Source of the DNA: an uncultured Alphaproteobacteria bacterium | GTDB lineage: Bacteria > Pseudomonadota > Alphaproteobacteria > Dongiales > Dongiaceae | NCBI GenBank assembly: GCA_963810485.1 | Contig: CAWENQ010000006.1 | Location: 89,111 to 153,110, forward strand | DNA length: 64,000 nucleotides | Reading direction: 5' to 3' | Shown: in pieces, positions 21,313 to 30,847 of the stretch | How the letters are laid out: each line of letters opens with the position of its first letter | Numbering within the stretch: position 1 is the stretch's first letter | Notes under the pieces: model-generated | Told to the model about the DNA's origin: nothing | The model's input: only the letters and a program-made list of their open reading frames with translations | Database searches by the model: none | Program-made: the position numbers and the translations under genes

Positions 21313-21365
21313 CGCGGGGATTTGAGGGGCAGCTTGCTGCCGCGTCACCAAGAAGCTAAAGCGCC
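21313..21365 (+). promoter_or_regulatory. SAM-II (metA-motif) riboswitch-like element, copy B
   Basis: CGCGG-GGAUUUGAGGGGCAGCUUGCUG-CCGCG-UCACCAAGA-AGCUAAAGCG. It has the same conserved blocks as copy A with a covarying P1, and ends about 30 nt before the AAGGAGG SD of the gene at 21412. Confidence 0.55.
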
Positions 21366-21411
21366 ACAGCGTTTGTGGGCCCCGCCACGTTTCCGTAAGG
21401 AGGACGGCCCC

Positions 21412-21951
21412 ATGGCCACGCAAACCCACCAATCTTTCCAGCCCATCTTCACCGCGGCCCAAGCCGCCCTGGGTGCCGATCCGGCCCAGGCTTCCGCCAT
21501 CTTCACCGCCGAGACCCGCCAGCTCGAAGGCCTCCACAGCGAGGCCCTGATTCGAGCCTTCCGCCTGGATGTGGACGAGCCGGCCGCGCTCGGCGGCCAG
21601 GACAAGGGCCCCAATCCCGTCGAGCTGATCCTGGCGGCTCTGGGCGCCTGCCAGGAGATCACCTACCGCCTCTACGCCGACACCCTGGGCATTCCGCTGG
21701 ACCGGGTGTCCGTTTCGGTCAGCGGCCGCTTGGACCTCCGAGGGTTCTTCGCCGTTGACGAAGGCGTCCGCCCGGGTTTCAAGGACGTCACCGCCACCGT
21801 TAAGATCGACAGCCCGGCGCCGGCCGACGAAATCGAACGGCTGCGGGCGACGGTCGACCGCCATTGCCCGGTGCTGGACATCCTGCGCAGCGTCACGCCG
21901 GTCAAGACACGGATCGAACTCAGCGCCGCCGCACAACAGCCGGCAGCCTGA
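21412..21951 (+). CDS. OsmC/Ohr family protein
   Basis: ATG with an AAGGAGG SD. Motifs include GGQDKGPNPVELILAALGACQEITY and VDRHCPVLDIL. The longer track ORF start (21232) would run through the riboswitch-like leader. Confidence 0.85.
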   Translation: MATQTHQSFQPIFTAAQAALGADPAQASAIFTAETRQLEGLHSEALIRAFRLDVDEPAALGGQDKGPNPVELILAALGACQEITYRLYADTLGIPLDRVSVSVSGRLDLRGFFAVDEGVRPGFKDVTATVKIDSPAPADEIERLRATVDRHCPVLDILRSVTPVKTRIELSAAAQQPAA

Positions 21952-21986
21952 ACGCTACAAGTGCCAGAGAGCAAGCCGAGGGAACC

Positions 21987-23306
<1,320 letters not shown>

Positions 23307-23382
23307 CTACTCCACGCATTGAAAAGGGGCGCGGCCGCCAGATCAAGGCACCGCGCGCCCAACCTAGCATCGGGCAAGGCTT

Positions 23383-23486
23383 GTAGGGGCGACCGGCGGT
23401 CGCCCGTGGTCGTGTGGTGTCGGTTGGTCGGATCCTAGGTCGTGGATTGTGCCACGGCGCAACGGGCGACCGCCGGTCGCCCCTAC
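23383..23486. repeat. REP-like nested palindromic element
   Basis: Perfect 24-nt inverted arms GTAGGGGCGACCGGCGGTCGCCCG (23383-23406) and CGGGCGACCGCCGGTCGCCCCTAC (23463-23486). Each arm is internally palindromic (GGCGACC..GGTCGCC). The right arm overlaps the last codons and stop of the NAT gene. Confidence 0.6.
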
Positions 23487-24268
23487 ACGATACTTCGCGG
23501 GAATGCGGAATCATTTGGGAGCCGCACGCCGAACTGTTCTCGCAACAGGCGGCGGTACGCTGCGTCATCGGTAGCGGCACGCTCACGCCGTGCGCCATTA
23601 CGGCTAGTTTCGATCAGCTTCGTCCCACTCAGCGTCTTGCGCCCAGTGGGCGTCGCCAGCGAGCAGACGCGGTTGCGGGTGAAGTGGGAGTCCGGCGAAG
23701 TCTGGTGATAGCGGCACATAGCCTCGAACTCGGCCAGCTCGCGCGGCGTCAAGGTGAAGCGGTATGAATCTTTCCACCGCCCTGCCCCGCTCCGTTCCTG
23801 GAGCAGTTGGAATTCATCCCGCCGCTGGATCCGATAGGCCTTCGAGCCCTGCACCTGCGCGCCCGACGCATCCAGGTCGAGCGGCGATTTGAAGTTCTCG
23901 CCGAAGCCGACATCGACCAGCCAGTGGCGATCCAGTTCAATCAACAGCAACAGATGATCGTATTCCGGTCCGAAGCCGCCGGTGTCCTTCGCCACGCCCG
24001 CCGAGAGCAAGGTGACCCGATAGCCGAGACGCCGCAGCAGCTCTGCGAACAGCCCGTTGAGTTCGTAACAGAACCCGCCGCGCCGCCGGCGCACGATCTT
24101 GTCGTAAAGCGCCGCAAGGTCGAGCGACACCGGCTCGCCCATATGGATGCTCAGGTTCTCGAACGGCACCGTGACGAGATGCTGCCGGTGCAGACGCTTC
24201 AGCGTGCGCGCATCGGCACGGACGGGCCCTGTGACGCCGATGCGCCGGAGATAGGCACGCAGGTTCAT
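23483..24268 (-). CDS. nat: arylamine N-acetyltransferase
   Basis: 261 aa with VPFENLSIH and the catalytic triad context GGFCYELNG (Cys), YDHLLLLI (His) and WLVDVGFG (Asp). Confidence 0.9.
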   Translation of the reverse strand: MNLRAYLRRIGVTGPVRADARTLKRLHRQHLVTVPFENLSIHMGEPVSLDLAALYDKIVRRRRGGFCYELNGLFAELLRRLGYRVTLLSAGVAKDTGGFGPEYDHLLLLIELDRHWLVDVGFGENFKSPLDLDASGAQVQGSKAYRIQRRDEFQLLQERSGAGRWKDSYRFTLTPRELAEFEAMCRYHQTSPDSHFTRNRVCSLATPTGRKTLSGTKLIETSRNGARRERAATDDAAYRRLLREQFGVRLPNDSAFPRSIV

Positions 24269-24287
24269 GCGAGGCGCCGGCCGATGC

Positions 24288-24999
24288 CTACACGCTGTCG
24301 GTCATCGCCATGACGTCGATTTCCTTGACGCACGAGGCGTTGGACAGGCGCGTGACGCAGCGGACCAGTTCGACCAGATCCTGGGGCGGAATCATGTCGC
24401 GCGCTTCGTGGGGCCGGGCGGCGATCTTGCCGTCTTTGACCGTGATGGTGCCGATATTGCCGGGATTGAGGCAGGTCACGGCGATGCCGTCCTTGCGCAC
24501 CACTTCCCGCAGCGCATGGGCGACGCCGCGCAGGCCGAACTTCGACGCGGTATAGGCCACCTCCGGCTGGCCGATATTGTCGAGGCCCGACGTGGACCCG
24601 ATGAGCACGATCTTCGCCGCCTTGGACTTCCGCAGGTTCGGCAGCACCGCCTTCAGGCAAGTAATCGCCGAGGTGAGATTGACCGTCAGGATGTTCTGCG
24701 TCTCCGAGTTCGGGGACCTCGTCGAAGCTATAGCCAGGCCCGAAGGCGCTGCTTTCCCAGATGCCGGCGTTGTAGATCGCCACATCCAAGCGCGCTGAAC
24801 CGAAGGCGCCGCTGACCCGCGCCGCGACATCGGCGGCGCGCGAGATCGGCTTCGATCCAATGCCTGGTGACACCGTCGTCATAGTCCAGATCGGGTCGGC
24901 TGCGGGAGACCAGCCAAACCTATCGCCCCGCGCCGGGAGCGCCAGGTTGAACGCCGCACCCAAGTCCCCGGCTGGCGCCGAAGATGATTGTCGAGCCAT
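24288..24999 (-). pseudogene. short-chain dehydrogenase/reductase (SDR), multiple frameshifts as assembled
   Basis: Stitching frames gives MARQ.IIFGASRGLGAAFNLALPARGDRFGW.VSRSRPDLDYDDGVTRHWIEADLSRAADV...DVAIYNAGIW...NSETQNILTVNL...VLIGSTSG...YTASKFGLRG. The motifs GxxxGxG, NAG and YxxxK are all recovered only after frame changes. The changes are near 24986, 24959, about 24910, about 24840 and 24712. Confidence 0.75.
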
Positions 25000-25014
25000 G
25001 AGCTAGCCCTTGTT

Positions 25015-26600
25015 TCAATCTTCCAGCGCGACGAATTCCATCGCCTGATGGGCCACGCGGCGGATATGGCGGCGCTTCGGCGGTTCGTGGATATAGCGGT
25101 TCACCGCTGCCAGCAGGGTGCTCATGGTCACCGGCGGCAGGCCGGCGGCGATTTCCTCCTCGGCGGCCAGGAAGGTTTTCACCAGATGGACCGAGTGGAT
25201 GTAGTCCGGTTCGCCATGGTCGAAGATCCGGTCGGTGGCGCGGCTCGAAAGCGCGGCGATATCAGGCACGAACCAGCCGTCCTGCGGGTCGTCCCGGTCG
25301 ACGAAGGGCGCGCTGCGGCCGAGGAAGCAGGCCATCTGCAGCAACCCGGCCGGCCAGACCTCCGGATACCTGGCGCTCAGGCGGCGCAGCGCGTTGGTGA
25401 AGGTGATGGGATGGGTGAAATCCAGCCAGCCCACATTCTCCTGCACCTTGTTGTCGGTGCGCCGCTGCACGCGGGTGTCGAAATGCAGCAGCTCCGCCGA
25501 CGCGGCGCCCAGCAATGACATGCAGAGCGCCGCCGGGGCCGCGGTCGTCGCGGCTTCGGCAACCAGGTCCAGGGTGTCGTTGACCGAGTGGCCGCGGAAA
25601 TGCTCCGGCGGCGGGGCCAGGCCGTTGGCCGGATGCTGCGGCCAGCGTTCGAGCGCCTTGCCGTAGTGGCGGAACTCCGGGATCAGGTCCTCGCGCGACG
25701 CGAATTGACCAGCGAGCGGATCAGCGCCAGCACCAGCGGCTCCTCCACCTCCGGCCCCAGCCGCGCGGCCAACCGCCCCACATGGCCGACATAGATGAGC
25801 TGATGGCCGAAATCGGCGTAGTGGCGGAGGGCGGCCGCGGTCAGGGCGCGCTCCAGCCCGGCAAAGCCGCTGCCTGCGTCCAGCGCACCCCGGGCCATGG
25901 CGACTGCCTTCGGCTCGTCCTGCGCCTCCAGCGCGGCGGCAAACTCGGCGAGATCGAACTTGGCGCGATCGGCGTGAACGGCCGCGCCGGCTCGCGCAGG
26001 CTGTCGAATGCCATGTAGGCGATGGGCTCCACCACGGCCACCAGGGCTCGCTCGGGATCGTCCCGCAGCCGGTCATGGAGGCGCAGCCAGCCCTCCGCCG
26101 CGGCAAAGGCGTGGGTCATGCCGAAGCGCAGCTTGTCATGCGACCAGCGGATCGCGGACACGACGGCGCGGCCGGGATCGCCGCCGGCCTTCACCAGCCG
26201 CGCCACCTCGCGGGCGATGCGGTCATATTCGTGGTCGCCGAAAGGCGGTGCGCAGATTGTCGATGGCCCGCGCCTGGCGCTCGGCCGGCGGCGGGTCGGC
26301 GATGTCCACCATCACCGTGCCGTTCTCGAGCCGAGTAGGGTAGAGGCGCAGCCGGTCGCCTTGGAACAGATTGTCCCCGGTCTTCAGGTCGAACTTCCAG
26401 CCATGCCAGTTGCAGGTGAGCACGCAGTCGCCGTTCACCGTGCCTTCGCGCAGCGGATAGCCTTCATGGGGGCAGCGGTTGTTGCAGGCGTAGACCTGGC
26501 CGTCGACATGGAAGAAGGCGATCTGCTTGCCGCCGACCTTTGCAATGGCGGCGCCGTCGCGGCGCAGCTTTTCCAGAGGCATTGCCGAGGACCATGTCAT
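25015..26600 (-). pseudogene. Rieske [2Fe-2S] domain fused to an uncharacterised C-terminal domain of about 400 aa, three frameshifts as assembled
   Basis: The N-terminal part carries CPHEGYPL...CNWHGWKF (ORF 26223..26600). It reads on as GDHEYDRIAREVARLVKAGGDP... (ORF 25841..26206), then AGAAVHADRAKFDLAEFAAALEAQDEPKAVAMARGALDAG...ADFGHQLIYVGH..., then REDLIPEFRHYGKALERW... to 25015. The junctions are near 26236, 25990 and 25697. Confidence 0.7.
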
Positions 26601-26634
26601 CGCCGCTCTCCCGCGCTGATGCAGCCGTGGCTTT

Positions 26635-26661
26635 AATTTAGAAAGTTATTCTTTCTAAATT
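26635..26661. promoter_or_regulatory. perfect 11-5-11 palindrome, candidate operator
   Basis: AATTTAGAAAG-TTATT-CTTTCTAAATT. It lies 35 nt upstream of the Rieske gene start and 85 nt upstream of the divergent regulator gene, in the only AT-rich patch of a 145-nt intergenic region. Confidence 0.5.
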
Positions 26662-26745
26662 CTCACGCCGCCGCGGCAATATGTCAACCGATTACTTATT
26701 AAATTATCTTGCCTTCGCAACGCCGGTCTGGCGCATGTTTCCGGC

Positions 26746-27390
26746 ATGTCCGACGCTTCCGCCGACCGCATCCTGTTCCTGCTCAAGACCCGCGGGCCGC
26801 AGACCGCCACTGCCCTGGCCAAGGCGATGCGCATCACCGCCGTCGCCGTGCGGCAGCAGTTGATGAAACTCCAGGCCGAGTCCCTTGTCGAGCATCGCGA
26901 CGCCCGCCTCACCGTCGGCCGGCCGAAGCGCCATTGGCGCCTGACCGAGGCGGCGCAGAGCCGCTTCCCCGACGCCCACGCAGGGATGACGCTGGAGATC
27001 CTGGCGGCGGCGCGCACCGTGTTCGGCGAGGAAGGCGTCGACCGGATGATTGCCGCCCGCGAGACCGCGTCCAAGGCCGCCTATGCCCAGCGGCTGGGGC
27101 CGGCCCGAAGCCTGAAGCAGAAGGTGGAGCGGTTAGCGGCCGCCCGCGCCGAGGAGGGCTACATGGCCGAGTGCCGCAGTGACAGCGACGGCACCCTCTG
27201 GCTGATCGAGAACCACTGCCCGGTCTGCGCCGCCGCGCGGGAGTGCCAGGGCTTCTGCCGCTCGGAACTGGCGATCTTCCAGTCCCTCCTCCCCACCGCC
27301 ACGGTGGAGCGCACCGACCACATCCTCGCCGGCGCCCGCCGCTGTGCCTATCGGATTGTCCCAAACAGCAGCGGCAGGACCGATCGCTGA
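26746..27390 (+). CDS. winged-helix (ArsR/DeoR-like) transcriptional regulator with C-terminal Cys cluster
   Basis: 214 aa. N-terminal ILFLLKTRGPQTATALAKAMRITAVAVRQQLMKLQAESLVE...GRPKRHWRLT. C-terminal NHCPVCAAARECQGFCRSE...RRCAYRI, which is reminiscent of SufR-type Fe-S or metal-sensing regulators. Confidence 0.75.
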   Translation: MSDASADRILFLLKTRGPQTATALAKAMRITAVAVRQQLMKLQAESLVEHRDARLTVGRPKRHWRLTEAAQSRFPDAHAGMTLEILAAARTVFGEEGVDRMIAARETASKAAYAQRLGPARSLKQKVERLAAARAEEGYMAECRSDSDGTLWLIENHCPVCAAARECQGFCRSELAIFQSLLPTATVERTDHILAGARRCAYRIVPNSSGRTDR

Positions 27391-27466
27391 GCGCCAGGGC
27401 GGGCGCGGCAATCCGCCCTTCTGGACCGCTTAGCCGCAGGCGGCCTAGAATGTCACCCAGCGTTCG

Positions 27467-28561
27467 TTGTCCGGGAAACCCGTCATGACCCCTCCGTCGC
27501 CGAAAGTCCGCTCGCTGCTGCGCCCCCTGGAGACCGCGCCGGCGGTTCGCCCGGCGGGCGCACCCGCGCCTCACGGCCAGTATCCGCGCGTCCGCATGCG
27601 GCGGAATCGGGCCGACGGCTGGTCGCGGCGGATGGTGGCCGAGAACCGCCTGTCCATCGAAGACCTGATCTGGCCGGTGTTCGTTCATGAGGGCGGCAAG
27701 GTGGAGGCCGTGCCCTCCATGCCCGGCGTTTCGCGGCAGACGATTTCGGCCATGGTGGACGCGGTCGGCATGGCCGGCGAACTGGGTGTTCCCGCCGTCG
27801 CCATCTTTCCGGTGATCCCCCTCGACCGGAAGACGCCCACCGCCGAGGAGGCCTTGGATCCCGACAACCTCTGCAACCGCGCCGTCCGCGCGATCAAGAA
27901 AGCCGTGCCTGACGTGGGCGTCATCTGCGATGTGGCGCTCGATCCCTACACCAGCCACGGCCATGACGGCGTGATGGCCGGCGACCGCATTCTCAATGAC
28001 GAGACGGTGGACATCCTCTGCAAGCAGGCGGTGGCCCAGGCCGAGGCCGGTGTCGATATCTGCGCGCCGTCCGACATGATGGACGGCCGCATCGGCCGAA
28101 TCCGCGACGCGCTGGACGCGGCCGGGCATGACGCCGTCCGCATCCTGTCCTACGCGGCGAAATATGCCTCGGGATTCTACGGTCCGTTCCGCGACGCGGT
28201 CGGCTCTAAGTCAAATCTTGGCCAAGGCGACAAGCGCACCTACCAGATGGACCCGGCCAATGGCGACGAGGCGATCCGCGAATGCGCCCTCGACGTGGCC
28301 GAGGGGGCCGACATGCTGATGGTGAAGCCCGGCATGCCCTATCTCGATGTCCTTCATCGCGTGAAGCAGGCCTTTGCGCTGCCGACCTATGCCTATCAGG
28401 TGAGCGGCGAATATTCGATGCTCAAGGCGGCGGCGGAGCGCGGCTGGCTCGACGGCGAGCGGGTGATGCTTGAATCCCTGTTGGCCTTCAAGCGCGCGGG
28501 CGCCGACGGCGTCCTCACCTATTTCGCCATCGATGTGGCGCGCCGGCTGAAGGCCGGCTGA
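27467..28561 (+). CDS. hemB: porphobilinogen synthase (delta-aminolevulinate dehydratase)
   Basis: RMRRNR...LIWPVFV...Asp-rich metal site DVALDPYTSHGHDG (Mg-type rather than Cys-rich Zn-type)...MVKPGMPYLD...YQVSGEY. The track start is a TTG, and ATG 27485 is an alternative. Confidence 0.9.
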   Translation: MSGKPVMTPPSPKVRSLLRPLETAPAVRPAGAPAPHGQYPRVRMRRNRADGWSRRMVAENRLSIEDLIWPVFVHEGGKVEAVPSMPGVSRQTISAMVDAVGMAGELGVPAVAIFPVIPLDRKTPTAEEALDPDNLCNRAVRAIKKAVPDVGVICDVALDPYTSHGHDGVMAGDRILNDETVDILCKQAVAQAEAGVDICAPSDMMDGRIGRIRDALDAAGHDAVRILSYAAKYASGFYGPFRDAVGSKSNLGQGDKRTYQMDPANGDEAIRECALDVAEGADMLMVKPGMPYLDVLHRVKQAFALPTYAYQVSGEYSMLKAAAERGWLDGERVMLESLLAFKRAGADGVLTYFAIDVARRLKAG

Positions 28562-29814
28562 TGCCGCCGTCGCAGCCGTCCGGGGCCGCATCGGTCTTAG
28601 CTAGATTCGGCGGACCTGCACTGCTCGTCCTGCTGGCCCTCGGCGCCTGCGCCGAGCCGGCGCCCAAAGCCACAACACAGCCGCCAGCGCCACCGCCTTC
28701 GGCGACCACGACGGATGTCCAACAGGGCAACCTGCCAACACCCAATCCGTCGGTCGTGGAGCAGGACGGCGTAACTCTCATTGCGGCCCGCACCTCCGGC
28801 ATCGGCGTCGCGCCATTGCCGCGCACCGCGGGCCGGGGCGAACTTATTCTCCATGGCGGCGGACGCTTCGGCCGCGGCATCGCCGAGGCCATCGTGGCAC
28901 GGGCCGGGCCGGATCCGCGCCTCTGCCTGATCGACACGGCCGATATCGAAGGCCAGGACATTGAGCGCCTCTTTGCGCCGTTCGCCGGTGTCGAGATTGC
29001 CGTACTTGATCTCGATACGGACGATATCGCGCGGCCCGACGTGCTGGCGCTGTTGGAGGAATGCTCGGCCTATTTCTTCGGCGGGGGCGATCCGAAACGG
29101 TTGTCGACCATTCTCCGGCCCGAGGGCAGCGATACGCCGGCCCTCGCCCTGATCCGCCGGCGCTTCGAGCAGGATGGCGTGCTCATTTCCGGTTCGAGTG
29201 CAGGCGCGATGATCGCCGGGCCAGTCACCCTCTGCGAGTGCGCCGCCAACAGCAGCGTTCAGGCGGTGCTGAACGGCCGCCTCTTCAAGGCTCCCGGATT
29301 CGAATTCATCTCGGCGCCCGTGCTGATCGACGCGCATTTCTTCGCCCGCGGCCTGATGGGGCGGCATCTGTTCGCGCTGGCACGGGATCAATTGCCCGCC
29401 GGCGTCGGCATCGATGAAGACGCGGCCCTCCTCATCAGCAGCGACCAGCAAATCTGGCGCGTCATCGGCCGGCGCGGCGCCGCGCTGATCTACACGCCGC
29501 CGGGTGCATCGATGGAGAAGCTCGAAGGCTTCGGGCTGGCGCTTCTGGTGCCGGGCGATGAGTTCAATCCTGTTACCGGCAAGATCGCACTCCACGGCAA
29601 GCGGCAGAAATTCGCTGGCAACAGCCTGCCCGCGGAGATCCGGGAGGCAGGCTTGAGTGTGACGCCGGATCTGCCGATCACCTATGATTTTGAGATTCTG
29701 GACGACACGGTCATTGTCACAGGCAGCCCATCGCCCCGTGAGCCCAAGTGGCTGTCGGGCGCCAGCGAAGAAAGCGTGCTCAACGCCAGGGTCAGCGTTC
29801 GTCCGGCGGACTAG
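28561..29814 (+). CDS. peptidase S51 / cyanophycinase-like lipoprotein
   Basis: Lipobox LLALGAC. Motifs HGGG...FFGGGDPKRL...LISGSSAGAMI. The ATG overlaps the hemB stop (TGATG). Confidence 0.7.
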   Translation: MPPSQPSGAASVLARFGGPALLVLLALGACAEPAPKATTQPPAPPPSATTTDVQQGNLPTPNPSVVEQDGVTLIAARTSGIGVAPLPRTAGRGELILHGGGRFGRGIAEAIVARAGPDPRLCLIDTADIEGQDIERLFAPFAGVEIAVLDLDTDDIARPDVLALLEECSAYFFGGGDPKRLSTILRPEGSDTPALALIRRRFEQDGVLISGSSAGAMIAGPVTLCECAANSSVQAVLNGRLFKAPGFEFISAPVLIDAHFFARGLMGRHLFALARDQLPAGVGIDEDAALLISSDQQIWRVIGRRGAALIYTPPGASMEKLEGFGLALLVPGDEFNPVTGKIALHGKRQKFAGNSLPAEIREAGLSVTPDLPITYDFEILDDTVIVTGSPSPREPKWLSGASEESVLNARVSVRPAD

Positions 29815-29826
29815 ATGCAGAAGCAG

Positions 29827-30846
29827 CTAGCCCAGCCGCCGCAGGAATTCGGCAATGCAGCGGTCGTGCCAGGGAACATGGCTGCCGAGGCCGTGAAAGC
29901 CCACATGCCCGCCGCCCCGGGGCAGCAGCGGCGTCAGTTTCGGATTGGCCTTCCAATCGAAGGACAAATAGGCGCCCGGCAGGATCCAGGGATCGTTGTG
30001 GGCGTGGATGACCAAGGTCGGCACCTTGATCTCCTTCATGAAGCCTTGGGCGGAACAGCGCGCGTAGTAGTCGTCGGCTCCGGCAAATTCGTTGGCGGGC
30101 GCCACCAGCCGATCATCGAAATCATAGATCGTCGAGATGCTGTCGAGGCTGGCCCGCTGCTCAGGTGTGATCGTGCTGTTGGGCGCGGCGATCTCCTGCT
30201 TCATGCGGCCGAGGATGTGGTCGTGATAGGCGCGGTTGCGGCGCTGCATAAAGCGGACCTGCGTTGCCTTGAGGTCGATCGGCGCGGAAACGCTGACCGC
30301 ACCCAGCACCGGCGCCCGCCGCCCCTGCTCGCCCAGATACTTCAGCAGCATGTTGGCGCCGAGCGAATAGGCGACCAGCAGGATGCCCTGGGACGCCAGC
30401 CGGCCATCGAGCTGCATCAGCACGCGGTGCAGATCCTCGCTGCGGCCGGCGTGATACTGGAACCGGCAGCGCGGGCGCGATGGGCCGGCGCCCCGCAGAT
30501 TGAGGCGCATGACGGAATGGCCGAGCCCCAATAGATGTTGGGCCGTGGCCAGCATGTAGCTGCTGTCCTCGTCGCCGGTGAGGCCGTGGATCAAAATCGC
30601 CAGCGGCCGCCGCGCGCCATCGGCAGGCGCCGCTGCGTGCCGATTCAACAGCGCCAGCAGCGTATCGCCGCTGCCGTCGTTCATCGGAAACTCGAGCCGC
30701 TCCTCCGGATAGCCGCTGAGATCGACCGGCGCCGGCCGGAAATAGTTGCGCAAGGTCTGAAGATCGCCGCCCCACCAGGGCGGCCGGGCGCGGAAGCGCG
30801 GAAAACCGGCGGCCGCCGCGCCGCCGCTTGAACTCAACACCGGCAT
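29827..30846 (-). CDS. alpha/beta hydrolase (YheT/ABHD1-3-like)
   Basis: 339 aa with PWWGGDLQTL...LAILIHGLTGDEDSSY...AYSLGANMLL...HAHNDP. Confidence 0.8.
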   Translation of the reverse strand: MPVLSSSGGAAAAGFPRFRARPPWWGGDLQTLRNYFRPAPVDLSGYPEERLEFPMNDGSGDTLLALLNRHAAAPADGARRPLAILIHGLTGDEDSSYMLATAQHLLGLGHSVMRLNLRGAGPSRPRCRFQYHAGRSEDLHRVLMQLDGRLASQGILLVAYSLGANMLLKYLGEQGRRAPVLGAVSVSAPIDLKATQVRFMQRRNRAYHDHILGRMKQEIAAPNSTITPEQRASLDSISTIYDFDDRLVAPANEFAGADDYYARCSAQGFMKEIKVPTLVIHAHNDPWILPGAYLSFDWKANPKLTPLLPRGGGHVGFHGLGSHVPWHDRCIAEFLRRLG

Positions 30847-30847
30847 G

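Noticed and set aside
21232-21411. Longer start (21232) for the OsmC-like ORF given in the track
   Set aside because: The extension is Arg/Pro-rich, overlaps the riboswitch-like leader and lacks an SD. ATG 21412 has AAGGAGG at the correct spacing and gives a normal OsmC length.
28561-29814. Cyanophycin metabolism locus
   Set aside because: The S51 protein is cyanophycinase-like, but there is no cyanophycin synthetase or isoaspartyl dipeptidase nearby. Its lipoprotein signal also argues for a different, periplasmic or outer-leaflet peptidase role, so I made no pathway claim.
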